In this document: positions 19,912 through 30,070 of the stretch, piece by piece | Numbering within the stretch: the stretch's first letter is position 1 | Layout: each line of letters begins with the position of its first letter | From: an uncultured Pelagibacteraceae bacterium | GTDB taxonomy: Bacteria > Pseudomonadota > Alphaproteobacteria > Pelagibacterales > AG-422-B15 | DNA length: 64,000 nt | Assembly: GCA_902590345.1 (NCBI GenBank) | Contig: CACIWK010000001.1 | Location: 142,010-206,009 of the forward strand | Direction: 5' to 3' | Notes under the pieces: generated by a model | What the model was told of the DNA's origin: nothing | Database searches by the model: none | What the model saw: only the letters and a program-made list of their open reading frames with translations | Translations under genes and position numbers: made by a program

Positions 19912-19921
19912 AGGAGTAAAT

Positions 19922-20797
19922 ATGTTTCAAAAAGATTTATTAAAAAATAAAAGAATTTTAGTTTCCGGTGGAGGATCGGGACTTGGTAAAGCTATGGCAA
20001 CAAGGTATTTAGAACTTGGTGCTGATGTCTATATCTGCGGTAGAAGAAAGTCTGTACTAGATGAAACGGCTAAAGAGCTTATGGATATGCACGGAGGGTC
20101 TGTGAAATCAATCTCATGCGATATCAAGGTTCCTGAAGCAATAGAGGATATGGTGGATGAAATTTGGAGTGAAGGACCACTGACTGGGCTATTAAACAAT
20201 GCTGCAGGAAATTTTATTTCGAGAACAGAAGATTTATCTCCGAGAGCATTTACTGCTATTTCTAATATTGTTTTCAATGGAACGTTTTATATGACAAATG
20301 CAATAGGCAAAAGGTGGTTAGCTGAAAATTTAAAAGGAAGTATAATTTCTATTTTAACTACATGGATTGATAGCAGTGGTCCATATACAGTACCATCAGC
20401 AATGTCTAAATCTGGTTTAGCGACAATGACCAGATCTCTTGCGGCTGAATGGGGAAATAGAGGTATAAGATTAAATGCTATATCGCCTGGGCCTTTTCCG
20501 ACTAAAGGTGCGTGGGATAGATTAGCGCCAGGTGGAAAAGGTGCTAATATGATGGAGTCAATTCCTATGAAAAGAACAGGAGAACTCAGTGAGCTCGCAA
20601 ATTTAGCCACTTTCTTAATGGCAGATGGAGTTGATTACTTAACTGGAGAAATCATTACAATTGATGGGGCTCAATGGTTAAATCATGCAGGTAACTTCTA
20701 TGAAATGTTAAAAGATGTAACTGATCAAGAATGGGAGCAGCTCAGAAATATGATTAAAGCGTCAAATGATGCTGATAAAGCAAAAAGGTCTGTCTAG
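19922..20797 (+). CDS. SDR family oxidoreductase, 2,4-dienoyl-CoA reductase-like
   Basis: VSGGGSGLGKAMA cofactor motif. AAGGAG Shine-Dalgarno sequence 6 nt upstream of the ATG at 19922; the tracked ORF start at 19904 is probably too early. Confidence 0.8.
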   Translation: MFQKDLLKNKRILVSGGGSGLGKAMATRYLELGADVYICGRRKSVLDETAKELMDMHGGSVKSISCDIKVPEAIEDMVDEIWSEGPLTGLLNNAAGNFISRTEDLSPRAFTAISNIVFNGTFYMTNAIGKRWLAENLKGSIISILTTWIDSSGPYTVPSAMSKSGLATMTRSLAAEWGNRGIRLNAISPGPFPTKGAWDRLAPGGKGANMMESIPMKRTGELSELANLATFLMADGVDYLTGEIITIDGAQWLNHAGNFYEMLKDVTDQEWEQLRNMIKASNDADKAKRSV

Positions 20798-21597
20798 ATA
20801 AAAGAGTCCTTAAAAAGCTTTTTGCTCAACCCTCTTATGAGTGATGGAAGGTGTCTCATAAAAAAAGATGCAAATTTTGCTTCAAACCCAACTGGATGAT
20901 GAATACTACTTGAGTCATAAGCTGACCAAACTGAACTTACGACCTTTTCAACTGGATAAACTTTTGTTTTTTGATTCACAAATTCACGGTCCAATTGACT
21001 TTTTGCACCAGTAGTAACAGCTTCAGCATCTAAGATAGGTGTTTCGGTAAACCAAGGATTAATTTCAGATACCTTAATGCCATACCGCTCAAACTCAATA
21101 CGCAAATTTTCGGTAAGAGAACTTACGGCATGCTTTGTTGCTCCATAAACTGATATGCCTGGCGCTGTAATAAGTCCTGCAACTGAACTGGTGTTAAGTA
21201 ACATGCTGTTTTTCGTACTTTTTAAAATTTCAAGCATTGCAAAACATCCATTAACAACGCCTTTAAAGTTTACATCAATTATTTTGTTCATTTCCTCAAT
21301 CTTTATATCCTCAAATGCTCCTGCAAAGTTTGCTATACCTGCATTATTAAAAAATATATCGCATCTACCACCTGTATATTGTGAGAAACTTTTTTCTGCT
21401 TCAATCCAATCTTCAATATTTGTTACATCTAACTTTTGATACATACACTTATTATGACCAATGATGTCGGCCACCTCTTTAAGACCTTCTTTATCAATAT
21501 CGAAAAGCCCTACATTCCACCCATTTTCAGCAAACGATATTGCAGTTGCCTTACCGATTCCTGATGCTGCGCCAGTAATAAAAATACTTTTTGTCAT
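20794..21597 (-). CDS. short-chain dehydrogenase/reductase
   Basis: ITGAASGIGKATA and YGATKHAV (YxxxK). Confidence 0.85.
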   Translation of the reverse strand: MTKSIFITGAASGIGKATAISFAENGWNVGLFDIDKEGLKEVADIIGHNKCMYQKLDVTNIEDWIEAEKSFSQYTGGRCDIFFNNAGIANFAGAFEDIKIEEMNKIIDVNFKGVVNGCFAMLEILKSTKNSMLLNTSSVAGLITAPGISVYGATKHAVSSLTENLRIEFERYGIKVSEINPWFTETPILDAEAVTTGAKSQLDREFVNQKTKVYPVEKVVSSVWSAYDSSSIHHPVGFEAKFASFFMRHLPSLIRGLSKKLFKDSFI

Positions 21598-21603
21598 CTT
21601 GAG

Positions 21604-22218
21604 CTATAGTCCTTTTAAAAATAACTTAGTTGCAAATAAGCTTACCTCAGATGGTTTCAAATCATTTCTTTCTAATAATTGGTCACCAAGATTAACGCTA
21701 ACGGCAATGACAGATGTTACCATAAGTGAAATATCGTTTTGAGGAAATTTAATAATTTTTGATATATTTACTGTTACTTCTAGCAGTTTTTTATTAAAAT
21801 TTTGGTATTCTCTCGAATTTTGATTCAACCATTTAAGATCTAATATATATTTTTTATTATTTTTAAAAAAAATATAATTTTCTGCGTCGTTGGATATCCA
21901 ATTAAACCAGCAATTAAAAGCAATACTAACTAATTCATCAAAAGTTTTGGCTTTATTTATTTTAGGAATGATAAAGTTACTAAATTCATTAATTAGCCTA
22001 TTTACAATAACCAAAAAAACTTCAACTTTATCATCATAGTAATTATAAAATGTCCCAGAACCTAAACCGGCCTCAGATACAATCTCCCTTACATTAGAAC
22101 TATCAAGACCCTTTTCAGTAAAAACTTTTCTTGAAGCTAAAATTATGGAGTCACGATTTTGTTGCTTGTTAAGCTGCCTCTTTCTTTTGTTAAAAGGAAG
22201 ATTAAGGGTTTTATTCAT
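21604..22218 (-). CDS. TetR/AcrR family transcriptional regulator
   Basis: N-terminal HTH ILASRKVFTEKGLDSSNVREIVSEAGLGSGTFYNYY. Confidence 0.75.
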   Translation of the reverse strand: MNKTLNLPFNKRKRQLNKQQNRDSIILASRKVFTEKGLDSSNVREIVSEAGLGSGTFYNYYDDKVEVFLVIVNRLINEFSNFIIPKINKAKTFDELVSIAFNCWFNWISNDAENYIFFKNNKKYILDLKWLNQNSREYQNFNKKLLEVTVNISKIIKFPQNDISLMVTSVIAVSVNLGDQLLERNDLKPSEVSLFATKLFLKGL

Positions 22219-23258
22219 TTATTATTTGCACCGACAGCTTCTGAAATATTTGTAAATTCATCATCTTTGATAAGTTTAACAAGATCAATTAAAATCTTAT
22301 TTATTAGTTGCGGGCCACCATAAGTAAGTGAGGTATACAATTGTACTAAAGATGCACCTAGTTTGATTTTATTATATACGTCTAATGCACTACTAACACC
22401 ACCTACACCAATTAAAATGATTTCTTGATTAGTCTCTCGATATAACAATTTTAACACTTTATCTGATAAATCCTTTATCGGAGTGCCAGATAATCCACCG
22501 TCTCTTTTCTTATTGAGATCTCGTAAAGTTTCAGGTCTTGAAAGTGAAGTGTTTGTAGCAATAATTCCATCGATATTATATTTATTAACAAGATTAAGAA
22601 TCATACTGTAGTGATCATTTGTATTATCAGGATCAATTTTTAGCATGATTGGTTTTCTATATTTTTCCTCATTCCTAATTTGAGAAATGTCTCTTAAAAG
22701 TACTTCAAGATATTCTTTTCTTTGTAATTCACGTAGGGCTTCAGTATTTGGAGATGAAACATTAATGGTTATATAATCACAGGAGACTGAAATCTTTCTG
22801 TAAATTTTTAGATAATCATCAATGAAATTTTTAGTGTCTTTATTTGGTCCAATATTTGATCCGACAATACCCGTCCTTTTTGCAGACATAAGATTCTTTA
22901 CAAACCTTTTTTCTCCCATGTTATTAAAACCCAATTTATTAATTATGGCGTTGTCCTTTTTTAATCTAAAAATTCTTGGCTTTTCATTCCCATATTGTGG
23001 CTTCGGTGTAACAGTTCCACATTCCACAAATCCAAATCCAATCTTTAATAGAGGGTCTATTAATTCAGCGTTTTTATCAAAGCCAGCTGCAATGCCTAGT
23101 GGGTTACTGAAGCTTAGGCCTTTAAGATTAGTATGCAAACTTTGATCTTGAAAACCTTTACTTAATAAGGGGCTTCCATATTTTATTAATTGTATTGTGA
23201 CGTTATGAGCAGTTTCTGGTGGCAAAAGCTGAAGCATACCGGTTAACAAACTCATCAC
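22215..23258 (-). CDS. pyrD: dihydroorotate dehydrogenase (quinone), class 2
   Basis: NPLGIAAGFDKNAE, GFVECGTVTPKPQYGNEKPRIFRL, IIATNTS, GGLSG. Confidence 0.9.
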   Translation of the reverse strand: MMSLLTGMLQLLPPETAHNVTIQLIKYGSPLLSKGFQDQSLHTNLKGLSFSNPLGIAAGFDKNAELIDPLLKIGFGFVECGTVTPKPQYGNEKPRIFRLKKDNAIINKLGFNNMGEKRFVKNLMSAKRTGIVGSNIGPNKDTKNFIDDYLKIYRKISVSCDYITINVSSPNTEALRELQRKEYLEVLLRDISQIRNEEKYRKPIMLKIDPDNTNDHYSMILNLVNKYNIDGIIATNTSLSRPETLRDLNKKRDGGLSGTPIKDLSDKVLKLLYRETNQEIILIGVGGVSSALDVYNKIKLGASLVQLYTSLTYGGPQLINKILIDLVKLIKDDEFTNISEAVGANNK

Positions 23259-24811
23259 TTGCTCACTTTTATTCTTTCTCTAATAAGTTGTATTGTTTCT
23301 TTTATGCCGTAAATGGCAATAAAAGTACCAAATCTTGGTCCATCACTTTTGCCGAAAAGAACCTGATAAATAAGTTTGAACCAGTCTCTTAAATTATCAA
23401 ACTTATAATCTTTACCAATTTGATAGATTTCAGTCTGTATAGTCTCAGCATCAACATTGTCTGGCAAAAGCTCAATTCGATTAATTAAATCTAAAAAAAT
23501 ACTTTTCTCTTCTTCACTGGGTACTTTAAATTGAATTTTATCGGCATTAACATTCTTTTCGAATGATATTGCTCCAGTTATAAGTTCTAGCAAAAAATTA
23601 TGATCAGAATTGATGACTGAATCATCATATTTTTTTATAAAATCTAGAATGAAATCTGGATCACTCTTTCCACTAGCTGAAACTATATTTAATATTAAAT
23701 TGAAAGAGATAGGTATTGATCCAATGTGATTCTGACTATTCATGATATGCCAAACTGGATTTTCAATTTTTTCCTCATCATTTTGGTCATTAAATTTATT
23801 TAAATGACTCAAAAATTCATCAACTGATTTGGGGATCACATCAAGAAATAATTTTTTTGCTCTTCTTGGATTTTGGTACATAAAGTAGCTTAATGTTTCC
23901 TTAGGGGCATAAGACAGCCATTCTTCAATACTCAAACCATTTCCCTTTGATTTTGAAATCTTTTCACCATTCTGATCAAGAAACAATTCATAGAAATAAT
24001 TTTCGGGAGGTTGATGCCCTAAAGCACGGCATACTTTGGATGAAAGTTGAAAAGTTGGTATCAAGTCTTTACCATACATTTCATAATCAATATCTAAAGC
24101 ACACCACCTCATTGCCCAGTCCACTTTCCATTGTAATTTGCAATTACCATCTAAAATAGACTGTTCAATTTCCTTATTATTCTGGAGATACACAACCGTA
24201 TTTTTTTCAGTATTGATTGAAATAATTTCAACTTCGAGTACGTGTCCTGTTTCTGGGCAAATTGGTAAAAATGGACTGTAAGTTTTTTTTCTTTCCTCTC
24301 CTAATGTTGGTAATATTATTTTTTTAATCTCATCATAAGAATTTAAAACTTTAATTAATTGGTCATTGAAGAATCCTGACTTATAAAGCTCTGTCGCGCT
24401 CTTAAAAGAATATTTGAACCCAAACTTATCAAGAAATGCTTGCAACATCTCATTGTTATGGTTTCCAAAACTCTTTGATGTTTCAAAAGGATCTGGAATC
24501 GAGGTTAGAGGTTTGTGTAAATTTTTTTCCAAAATTTCCTGATTAGGAACATTATCAGGAACTTTTCTTAATCCATCCATATCATCAGAAAAAGCAATCA
24601 ATTCAACTTCATAGTCAGATACCGCTTTTATAGCATTTAGCACCATGGTGGTCCTTGCGACTTCTCCGAAAGTACCTATGTGGGGAAGTCCACTTGGTCC
24701 ATAACCAGTCTGAAGCTTGATTTTTGAATGATCTTTGAGGTTAGCTCTCTCGACTATCTTTCTAGCTTCTATAAATGGCCATGCTTTTGAATTTTCATTT
24801 ACTATTGTCAT
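23255..24811 (-). CDS. lysK: lysine--tRNA ligase, class I
   Basis: PSGLPHIGTFGEVARTT (HIGH-type) and KISKSKGNG (KMSKS-type). Likely start is the ATG at 24811 (MTIVNENSKAWPF). Confidence 0.85.
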   Translation of the reverse strand: MTIVNENSKAWPFIEARKIVERANLKDHSKIKLQTGYGPSGLPHIGTFGEVARTTMVLNAIKAVSDYEVELIAFSDDMDGLRKVPDNVPNQEILEKNLHKPLTSIPDPFETSKSFGNHNNEMLQAFLDKFGFKYSFKSATELYKSGFFNDQLIKVLNSYDEIKKIILPTLGEERKKTYSPFLPICPETGHVLEVEIISINTEKNTVVYLQNNKEIEQSILDGNCKLQWKVDWAMRWCALDIDYEMYGKDLIPTFQLSSKVCRALGHQPPENYFYELFLDQNGEKISKSKGNGLSIEEWLSYAPKETLSYFMYQNPRRAKKLFLDVIPKSVDEFLSHLNKFNDQNDEEKIENPVWHIMNSQNHIGSIPISFNLILNIVSASGKSDPDFILDFIKKYDDSVINSDHNFLLELITGAISFEKNVNADKIQFKVPSEEEKSIFLDLINRIELLPDNVDAETIQTEIYQIGKDYKFDNLRDWFKLIYQVLFGKSDGPRFGTFIAIYGIKETIQLIRERIKVSK

Positions 24812-24962
24812 ATAAGTGACAATAACATAAATAAGCGGTAATTCGGTGAAAAACAAACAATTTTTTTAATTGAAGTAAACTAAAAAAGAACTATTTGGGC
24901 TTATAGAGATAATAATAAACCTATAAATTTTATTAATTTTAATATAGTACTCCTATCTGATT

Positions 24963-25568
24963 ATGAAAAAAAATAAACTAAGAAAACCTACTCAAAGTGA
25001 AGCAGAAGAAGCGGTTCGTACATTAATTAAGTGGGCTGGGGACGATGTAACACGCGAAGGTTTACTTGACACGCCGAAAAGAGTAGCCAAGGCATACAAG
25101 GACTGGTTTTCTGGATATGATGAAGATCCAAAAGAAATTTTAAAAAGAACATTTTCAGAGACAGGTGGTTACGATGAAGTCATTATGTTAAAAGACATTA
25201 GAATTGAATCACATTGTGAACATCATATTGCGCCATTTATTGGAAATGCTCACGTTGCATATCTTCCTAACAAAAGAGTTGTTGGCATCAGTAAATTAGC
25301 AAGAATTACCAATATATTTGCTAAGCGAATGCAGGTTCAAGAAAAGCTAACTTCTGAGATCGCAACATGTATACAGGATTGTTTGAAGCCTAAAGGAGTT
25401 GCAGTTGTGGTTGAAGCACAACATGAGTGTATGACCACCAGAGGAGTGCATATGCCAGGCATATCAATGGTCACCAGTAAACTTCTAGGAAAATTTAGAA
25501 CAGATGCCTCTACACGCAGAGAATTCTATAGTATGCTAAATCAAGGTCCCATACTTAAAAAAAGCTAA
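24963..25568 (+). CDS. folE: GTP cyclohydrolase I
   Basis: [11 protein letters not shown] zinc/active-site motif and QVQEKLT. Confidence 0.9.
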   Translation: MKKNKLRKPTQSEAEEAVRTLIKWAGDDVTREGLLDTPKRVAKAYKDWFSGYDEDPKEILKRTFSETGGYDEVIMLKDIRIESHCEHHIAPFIGNAHVAYLPNKRVVGISKLARITNIFAKRMQVQEKLTSEIATCIQDCLKPKGVAVVVEAQHECMTTRGVHMPGISMVTSKLLGKFRTDASTRREFYSMLNQGPILKKS

Positions 25569-25586
25569 TATATATTTATCAACTAC

Positions 25587-27038
25587 ATGCTTAATTTTAA
25601 ATTAATACTTAATGTATTAGGTTTCTTATTGATTGCTTTGAGTTTTGTTTTGCTCGTGCCAGCTATATTAGATCTAGCTTTTCGTAATGAAACATGGCAA
25701 TCATTTATAATAAGTTCAATAATTACCCTAGGATTTGGAATTACTTTTTTTATTTCAACAAGAAATTCTGCAGAAAATAAAATCCAAACTCAAGATGCAT
25801 TTTTAATTACTACGTTATCCTGGGTTTTTATTTGTATTTTTGGTTCCCTACCTTTCTTTTTAGCTAACCTTAATATTAGTTTCACAGACTCAATTTTTGA
25901 GTCAATGTCAGGCATTACAACAACAGGATCGACAATTCTAAGCGACATTAAATCTATGCCTGAGGGTATTCTGCTTTGGCGAGGGCTTCTTCAATGGATT
26001 GGGGGAGTTGGTATAATAGTAATGGCAATTAGTATACTTCCTGTATTGCAAGTCGGAGGCATGCAGGTCTTCAGAACAGAGTCATCAGATACAACAGAAA
26101 AGATCTTACCAAGAACTGCTCAGGTTTCTTTTGCAGTAATCATAATATACATATCATTAACAGCTCTTTGTTTCATATCTTACTGGTTAAGCGGTATGAG
26201 AATTTTTGACTCCCTAATTCATTCAATGACAACAATAGCTACTGGAGGTTTTTCAACAAGAAATGATTCCTTCGCTAGCTTTGATAATCGATCAACAGAA
26301 TATATTGCAATCTTATTTATGATATTAAGTAGCCTTCCAATTTTAATATATCTTGAGGTTACACGTAATGGAATCAAAAGTTTTTTTAGAGATACCCAAA
26401 TAAAAACTTTTTTAATCATAATTCTTGTAAGCTCTTTATTAGTAATTTCTTACCTATGGATATTTGATCTTAAAGGTTTTGAACAATCTCTAAGACATGG
26501 TGCTTTTAATGTTGTCTCAATTATTACTGGCACAGGTTATACTTCCGATAATTATAATTTGTGGGGACCGTTTCCAATTTACTTACTTTTTTTTGGTATG
26601 TTTGTCGGTGGCTGTGCTGGTTCAACTACTTGTGGGATAAAAGTGTTTAGATTTCAGATATTATTTGAAACTTTAAAAATGCAAATTCAAAAGCTCTTAC
26701 ATCCTCACGGTGTTTTTATTCCACACTATAATCACAGAAAAATACAAGATGAAGTAACATCTTCAGTCATGAGTTTCTTTTTTATATTCATACTTAGTTT
26801 CATAACTATTACTCTGCTATTATCTATGACTGAGCTAGACTTTGTAACTTCATTATCAGCTGCTGCAACTTCTCTGGCCAATGTTGGACCAGGACTTGGG
26901 GTCACAATAGGTCCCGAAAATTCTTTTTATGCTATATCTGATCCAGCTAAATGGATTCTGATATTCTCAATGTTGTTGGGAAGACTAGAAATATTAACTG
27001 TCTTAGTTATCTTTCATCCTGCTTTTTGGAAGAAATGA
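25587..27038 (+). CDS. trkH: Trk-type potassium uptake protein TrkH
   Basis: Four pore-loop-like motifs (GITTTGST, IATGGFS, TGTGYTS, NVGPGLG). Confidence 0.85.
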   Translation: MLNFKLILNVLGFLLIALSFVLLVPAILDLAFRNETWQSFIISSIITLGFGITFFISTRNSAENKIQTQDAFLITTLSWVFICIFGSLPFFLANLNISFTDSIFESMSGITTTGSTILSDIKSMPEGILLWRGLLQWIGGVGIIVMAISILPVLQVGGMQVFRTESSDTTEKILPRTAQVSFAVIIIYISLTALCFISYWLSGMRIFDSLIHSMTTIATGGFSTRNDSFASFDNRSTEYIAILFMILSSLPILIYLEVTRNGIKSFFRDTQIKTFLIIILVSSLLVISYLWIFDLKGFEQSLRHGAFNVVSIITGTGYTSDNYNLWGPFPIYLLFFGMFVGGCAGSTTCGIKVFRFQILFETLKMQIQKLLHPHGVFIPHYNHRKIQDEVTSSVMSFFFIFILSFITITLLLSMTELDFVTSLSAAATSLANVGPGLGVTIGPENSFYAISDPAKWILIFSMLLGRLEILTVLVIFHPAFWKK

Positions 27039-27947
27039 TTAGAATAATTTCTTTAAAATTTCCTTTTGAACAAAAAGTCTATTACTCGCTTCTTGCCAAA
27101 CTCTTGAATTATTTCCGTCTATCACACTAGCTTCAACTTCCTCATTTCTATTTGCTGGAAGACAGTGCATGAAAACACTATCCGATTTAGCCTTTTTCAT
27201 AATATTATCAGTAACTCTAAATTCTTTGATTAAATCATAATCCTGAGTCTTTATATCCTCTCCCATTGATTTCCAGGTATCTGTTATGATAGCATCAGCT
27301 TGGGAAAGAATTTGATTATTTATTTGATGACTTACAATGCCATCTAGATCGGCTGAAATACCGTATTCCTTCATTTTTTCACTATACTTTTCAAACCATG
27401 TCTCCGGGCAAAAGATATTAAATGAAAAGCCTAATTCTTTTTTAAAAGCCTCGATCCAAGAATTTGCAACATTTGTTATAGGTCCCATCCAAACAATATT
27501 CAATTTTTCTAAACTACCTCTCTCCTCTAATAACGTCATCAATCCAGCTAGGCACTGGCACGGATGTGATAAGTTGGATAGTGCATTAATCACAGGTAAA
27601 TTAGATAGCTTGGAAGCATTCATTATAGTTTTATGATCGTTGACCCTAAGAATAAGACCATCAGCATATAGTCCAAATGTATTAATAGTATCACTTACGC
27701 TTTCTTTATCGTTACCTAGATGAATATCTTCCTTATTTAAAATTGTTGTGAAGCCACCTAATTGTTTTATTGCAATATCAAACGATAGCCTTGTTCTGGT
27801 CGATTTTTTTTCAAAAAACAATACTAGATTTTTCCCGTTCAGATGATTTTGTATTATTTTTTTAGACCTTTTATTTTGTAAGGCATTATCTAATAAGCTA
27901 GTTAATTCACTCTTTGAGAGTTCTTTTATATCTATGAAATTTTTCAT
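27039..27947 (-). CDS. argF: ornithine carbamoyltransferase
   Basis: STRTRLSFD carbamoyl-phosphate motif, DTWKSMG and HCLPA. Confidence 0.85.
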   Translation of the reverse strand: MKNFIDIKELSKSELTSLLDNALQNKRSKKIIQNHLNGKNLVLFFEKKSTRTRLSFDIAIKQLGGFTTILNKEDIHLGNDKESVSDTINTFGLYADGLILRVNDHKTIMNASKLSNLPVINALSNLSHPCQCLAGLMTLLEERGSLEKLNIVWMGPITNVANSWIEAFKKELGFSFNIFCPETWFEKYSEKMKEYGISADLDGIVSHQINNQILSQADAIITDTWKSMGEDIKTQDYDLIKEFRVTDNIMKKAKSDSVFMHCLPANRNEEVEASVIDGNNSRVWQEASNRLFVQKEILKKLF

Positions 27948-29113
27948 TATTTAAACTCGCTACAAGTAGCTCTTATTTTATCGATTGCTTCATCGCATTC
28001 AGTTAGTGTAAGATTTATTGGAGGCAAAAGTCTTACAACATTATCTGAAGCTTTTACAGTTAGTATATATTTTTCTCTTGCTAGATTAACAAACTTATCA
28101 TTTTCAACTTTACACTTTAGCCCTAAAATAAATCCTTTTCCTCTGATATTTTCAATGACGCTTGGAAAATCAGTAATCACGCTTTGAAGTCCTTCATAGA
28201 GTTTTTTTGCAACTATATTAATTTCACTAAAAAATTCGTCTTTTAACATTATATCCATAACAGCATTTCCGACTGTACAAGCAAGTGGATTACCTCCGAA
28301 AGTTGAACCATGAGAACCAAAATCCATTTTTTCACCAACTTTTTTTGATGTCAGGCAAGCACCTAATGGAAAGCCATTTCCAATAGCTTTAGCTATTGTC
28401 ATAATATCTGGATTTACTGCTGACCATTCATATGCAAATAATTTTCCTGTTCTACCCATGCCGCATTGCACTTCATCAAAGATGAGAAGGCAGTTATTTT
28501 CATCACAAATTTTCCTTAATCCCTCAAGGCATTGCCTAGGAACTTCTCTTATACCGCCCTCACCTTGTATTGGTTCAATGATTACTGCAGCAGTTTTTTC
28601 ATTTATTGAGTTCTGAAGCTGCTCATGATCACCAAACTCAAGAAATTTAAAATCATTTACTGTGGTATTAAAAGAGCTGAGCTTGTCTGGACCTCCCGCT
28701 GCAAGCGCCCCTATTGTTCTGCCATGAAAAGAACCTGAAAAACTTAAGATTTCTGTTTTATGTGATAAATTCTCTAAACTATGAAAATATCTTCTAGCAA
28801 TTTTTATGCTTGCCTCAATAGCTTCAGTACCTGAATTACAAAAGAATACATAATCAGCGAAAGAATTATCGCATAATCTTTGTGCGAGTTTTTCTTGTTC
28901 TGGTATCTGATATACATTTGATAAATGCCATAATTTATCAATTTGTTCTTTTAATTTATCGTTTAGATATGGATTTGAATAACCTAGGGAATTAACCGCT
29001 ATTCCTGTACCAAAATCTAAAAACTTCTCCCCTGATTTTGTGTACAAATAGCTACCAACTCCATGGGTAAATTCTAAGTTTGATCTTGGGTATGTCGGAA
29101 GAACATTGGTCAT
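27947..29113 (-). CDS. argD: acetylornithine (succinyl-diaminopimelate) aminotransferase
   Basis: Class III aminotransferase motifs FCNSGTEAIE, DEVQCGMGRTGK, TIAKAIGNG (PLP Lys), TFGGNPLAC. Confidence 0.85.
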   Translation of the reverse strand: MTNVLPTYPRSNLEFTHGVGSYLYTKSGEKFLDFGTGIAVNSLGYSNPYLNDKLKEQIDKLWHLSNVYQIPEQEKLAQRLCDNSFADYVFFCNSGTEAIEASIKIARRYFHSLENLSHKTEILSFSGSFHGRTIGALAAGGPDKLSSFNTTVNDFKFLEFGDHEQLQNSINEKTAAVIIEPIQGEGGIREVPRQCLEGLRKICDENNCLLIFDEVQCGMGRTGKLFAYEWSAVNPDIMTIAKAIGNGFPLGACLTSKKVGEKMDFGSHGSTFGGNPLACTVGNAVMDIMLKDEFFSEINIVAKKLYEGLQSVITDFPSVIENIRGKGFILGLKCKVENDKFVNLAREKYILTVKASDNVVRLLPPINLTLTECDEAIDKIRATCSEFK

Positions 29114-29114
29114 T

Positions 29115-29882
29115 TTATGGTCTCAATTTATAGCCTGATTTTAACATCAAATAATTTATCACGATAAGAAATATAAAAATTATTAATAATATAAAAATAG
29201 CTGAAAGGTATGAAGAGTCACTTACACCTAAAAAGCCATAACGAAAACCATCAATCATATAAAAAAAAGGATTTATTAAACTTGCCGTTTGAATGGGTCC
29301 TGGTAACACAGTTATCGAATAGAATGTACCAGAAAGAAAAGACAACGGAACAATCACAAAGTTGCCTACCGTTCCAAGATGATCCCATTTTTCAGCCCAT
29401 ATTCCTGAAATAGTTCCAATTAAAGACATGATTGCTGAAGCTATTATAGCAAAAATAAGAATTATATAGATATTATAAATACTAACATCAGCGAAAGGGT
29501 ACATCATGAGAGCGCAAGCAACCGCAACAACTAGCCCCCTGGTAATTCCAGCTAAAGTAAAAGCTAAAATTATTTCAATATTATTAAGAGGCGGCATCAA
29601 GAGATCAACAATATTGCCCTGTACTTTAGACATCAAGATGGAAGAAGAATTATTCATAAAGGCATTTTGAATGATGGTCATCATTATCAAGCCTGGGAAT
29701 AGAAAACTTTTAAAGCTATCAAGTGGATAATTTGTTCTTACAGAACCAATCGCTGTAGTAAAGATTACCATAAAAAGCAAACTGGTTGCTGCAGGTGCAA
29801 CAATTGTCTGGAGTGGGATTTTAGTAAATCTTTGCACTTCTTTTTTGTATAAAGTAATAATACTTATTGAGTTGTACTGCAT
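29115..29882 (-). CDS. ABC-2 type transporter permease (YadH-like)
   Basis: About 6 TM helices in the size and topology of ABC-2 permeases. No ATPase gene is adjacent. Confidence 0.6.
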   Translation of the reverse strand: MQYNSISIITLYKKEVQRFTKIPLQTIVAPAATSLLFMVIFTTAIGSVRTNYPLDSFKSFLFPGLIMMTIIQNAFMNNSSSILMSKVQGNIVDLLMPPLNNIEIILAFTLAGITRGLVVAVACALMMYPFADVSIYNIYIILIFAIIASAIMSLIGTISGIWAEKWDHLGTVGNFVIVPLSFLSGTFYSITVLPGPIQTASLINPFFYMIDGFRYGFLGVSDSSYLSAIFILLIIFIFLIVINYLMLKSGYKLRP

Positions 29883-29904
29883 AGCGACTGTTTAATTAAA
29901 TTTC

Positions 29905-29919
29905 TTAAAATGTCATTAA
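29905..29919. promoter_or_regulatory. TTAA-N7-TTAA (CtrA-box-like) motif upstream of gcrA
   Basis: TTAAaatgtcaTTAA read directly in the 188-bp gcrA upstream spacer. Such motifs are common by chance in AT-rich DNA. Confidence 0.2.
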
Positions 29920-30070
29920 TATTTAGATTTCAGTAATTATTCTATTCAACTGATATTTATAGATAAATTTTTATACTCACAGATTGAGCAATATTATCAA
30001 CATTTAGTATATTTATATTGAATTTTGTCAAAATGTAGTGGTAAGATTTACCATCTATTAAGGAGAAATT

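Noticed and set aside
19602-19919. A 105-aa same-strand alternative-frame ORF inside ccdA.
   Set aside because: The CcdA frame carries both conserved Cys motifs and full TM topology. The alternative frame has no features and would need an internal start.
23255-24811. A class I lysyl-tRNA synthetase as an oddity.
   Set aside because: It is unusual for bacteria in general but a well-known trait of alphaproteobacteria. It serves as taxonomic support rather than as a novelty.
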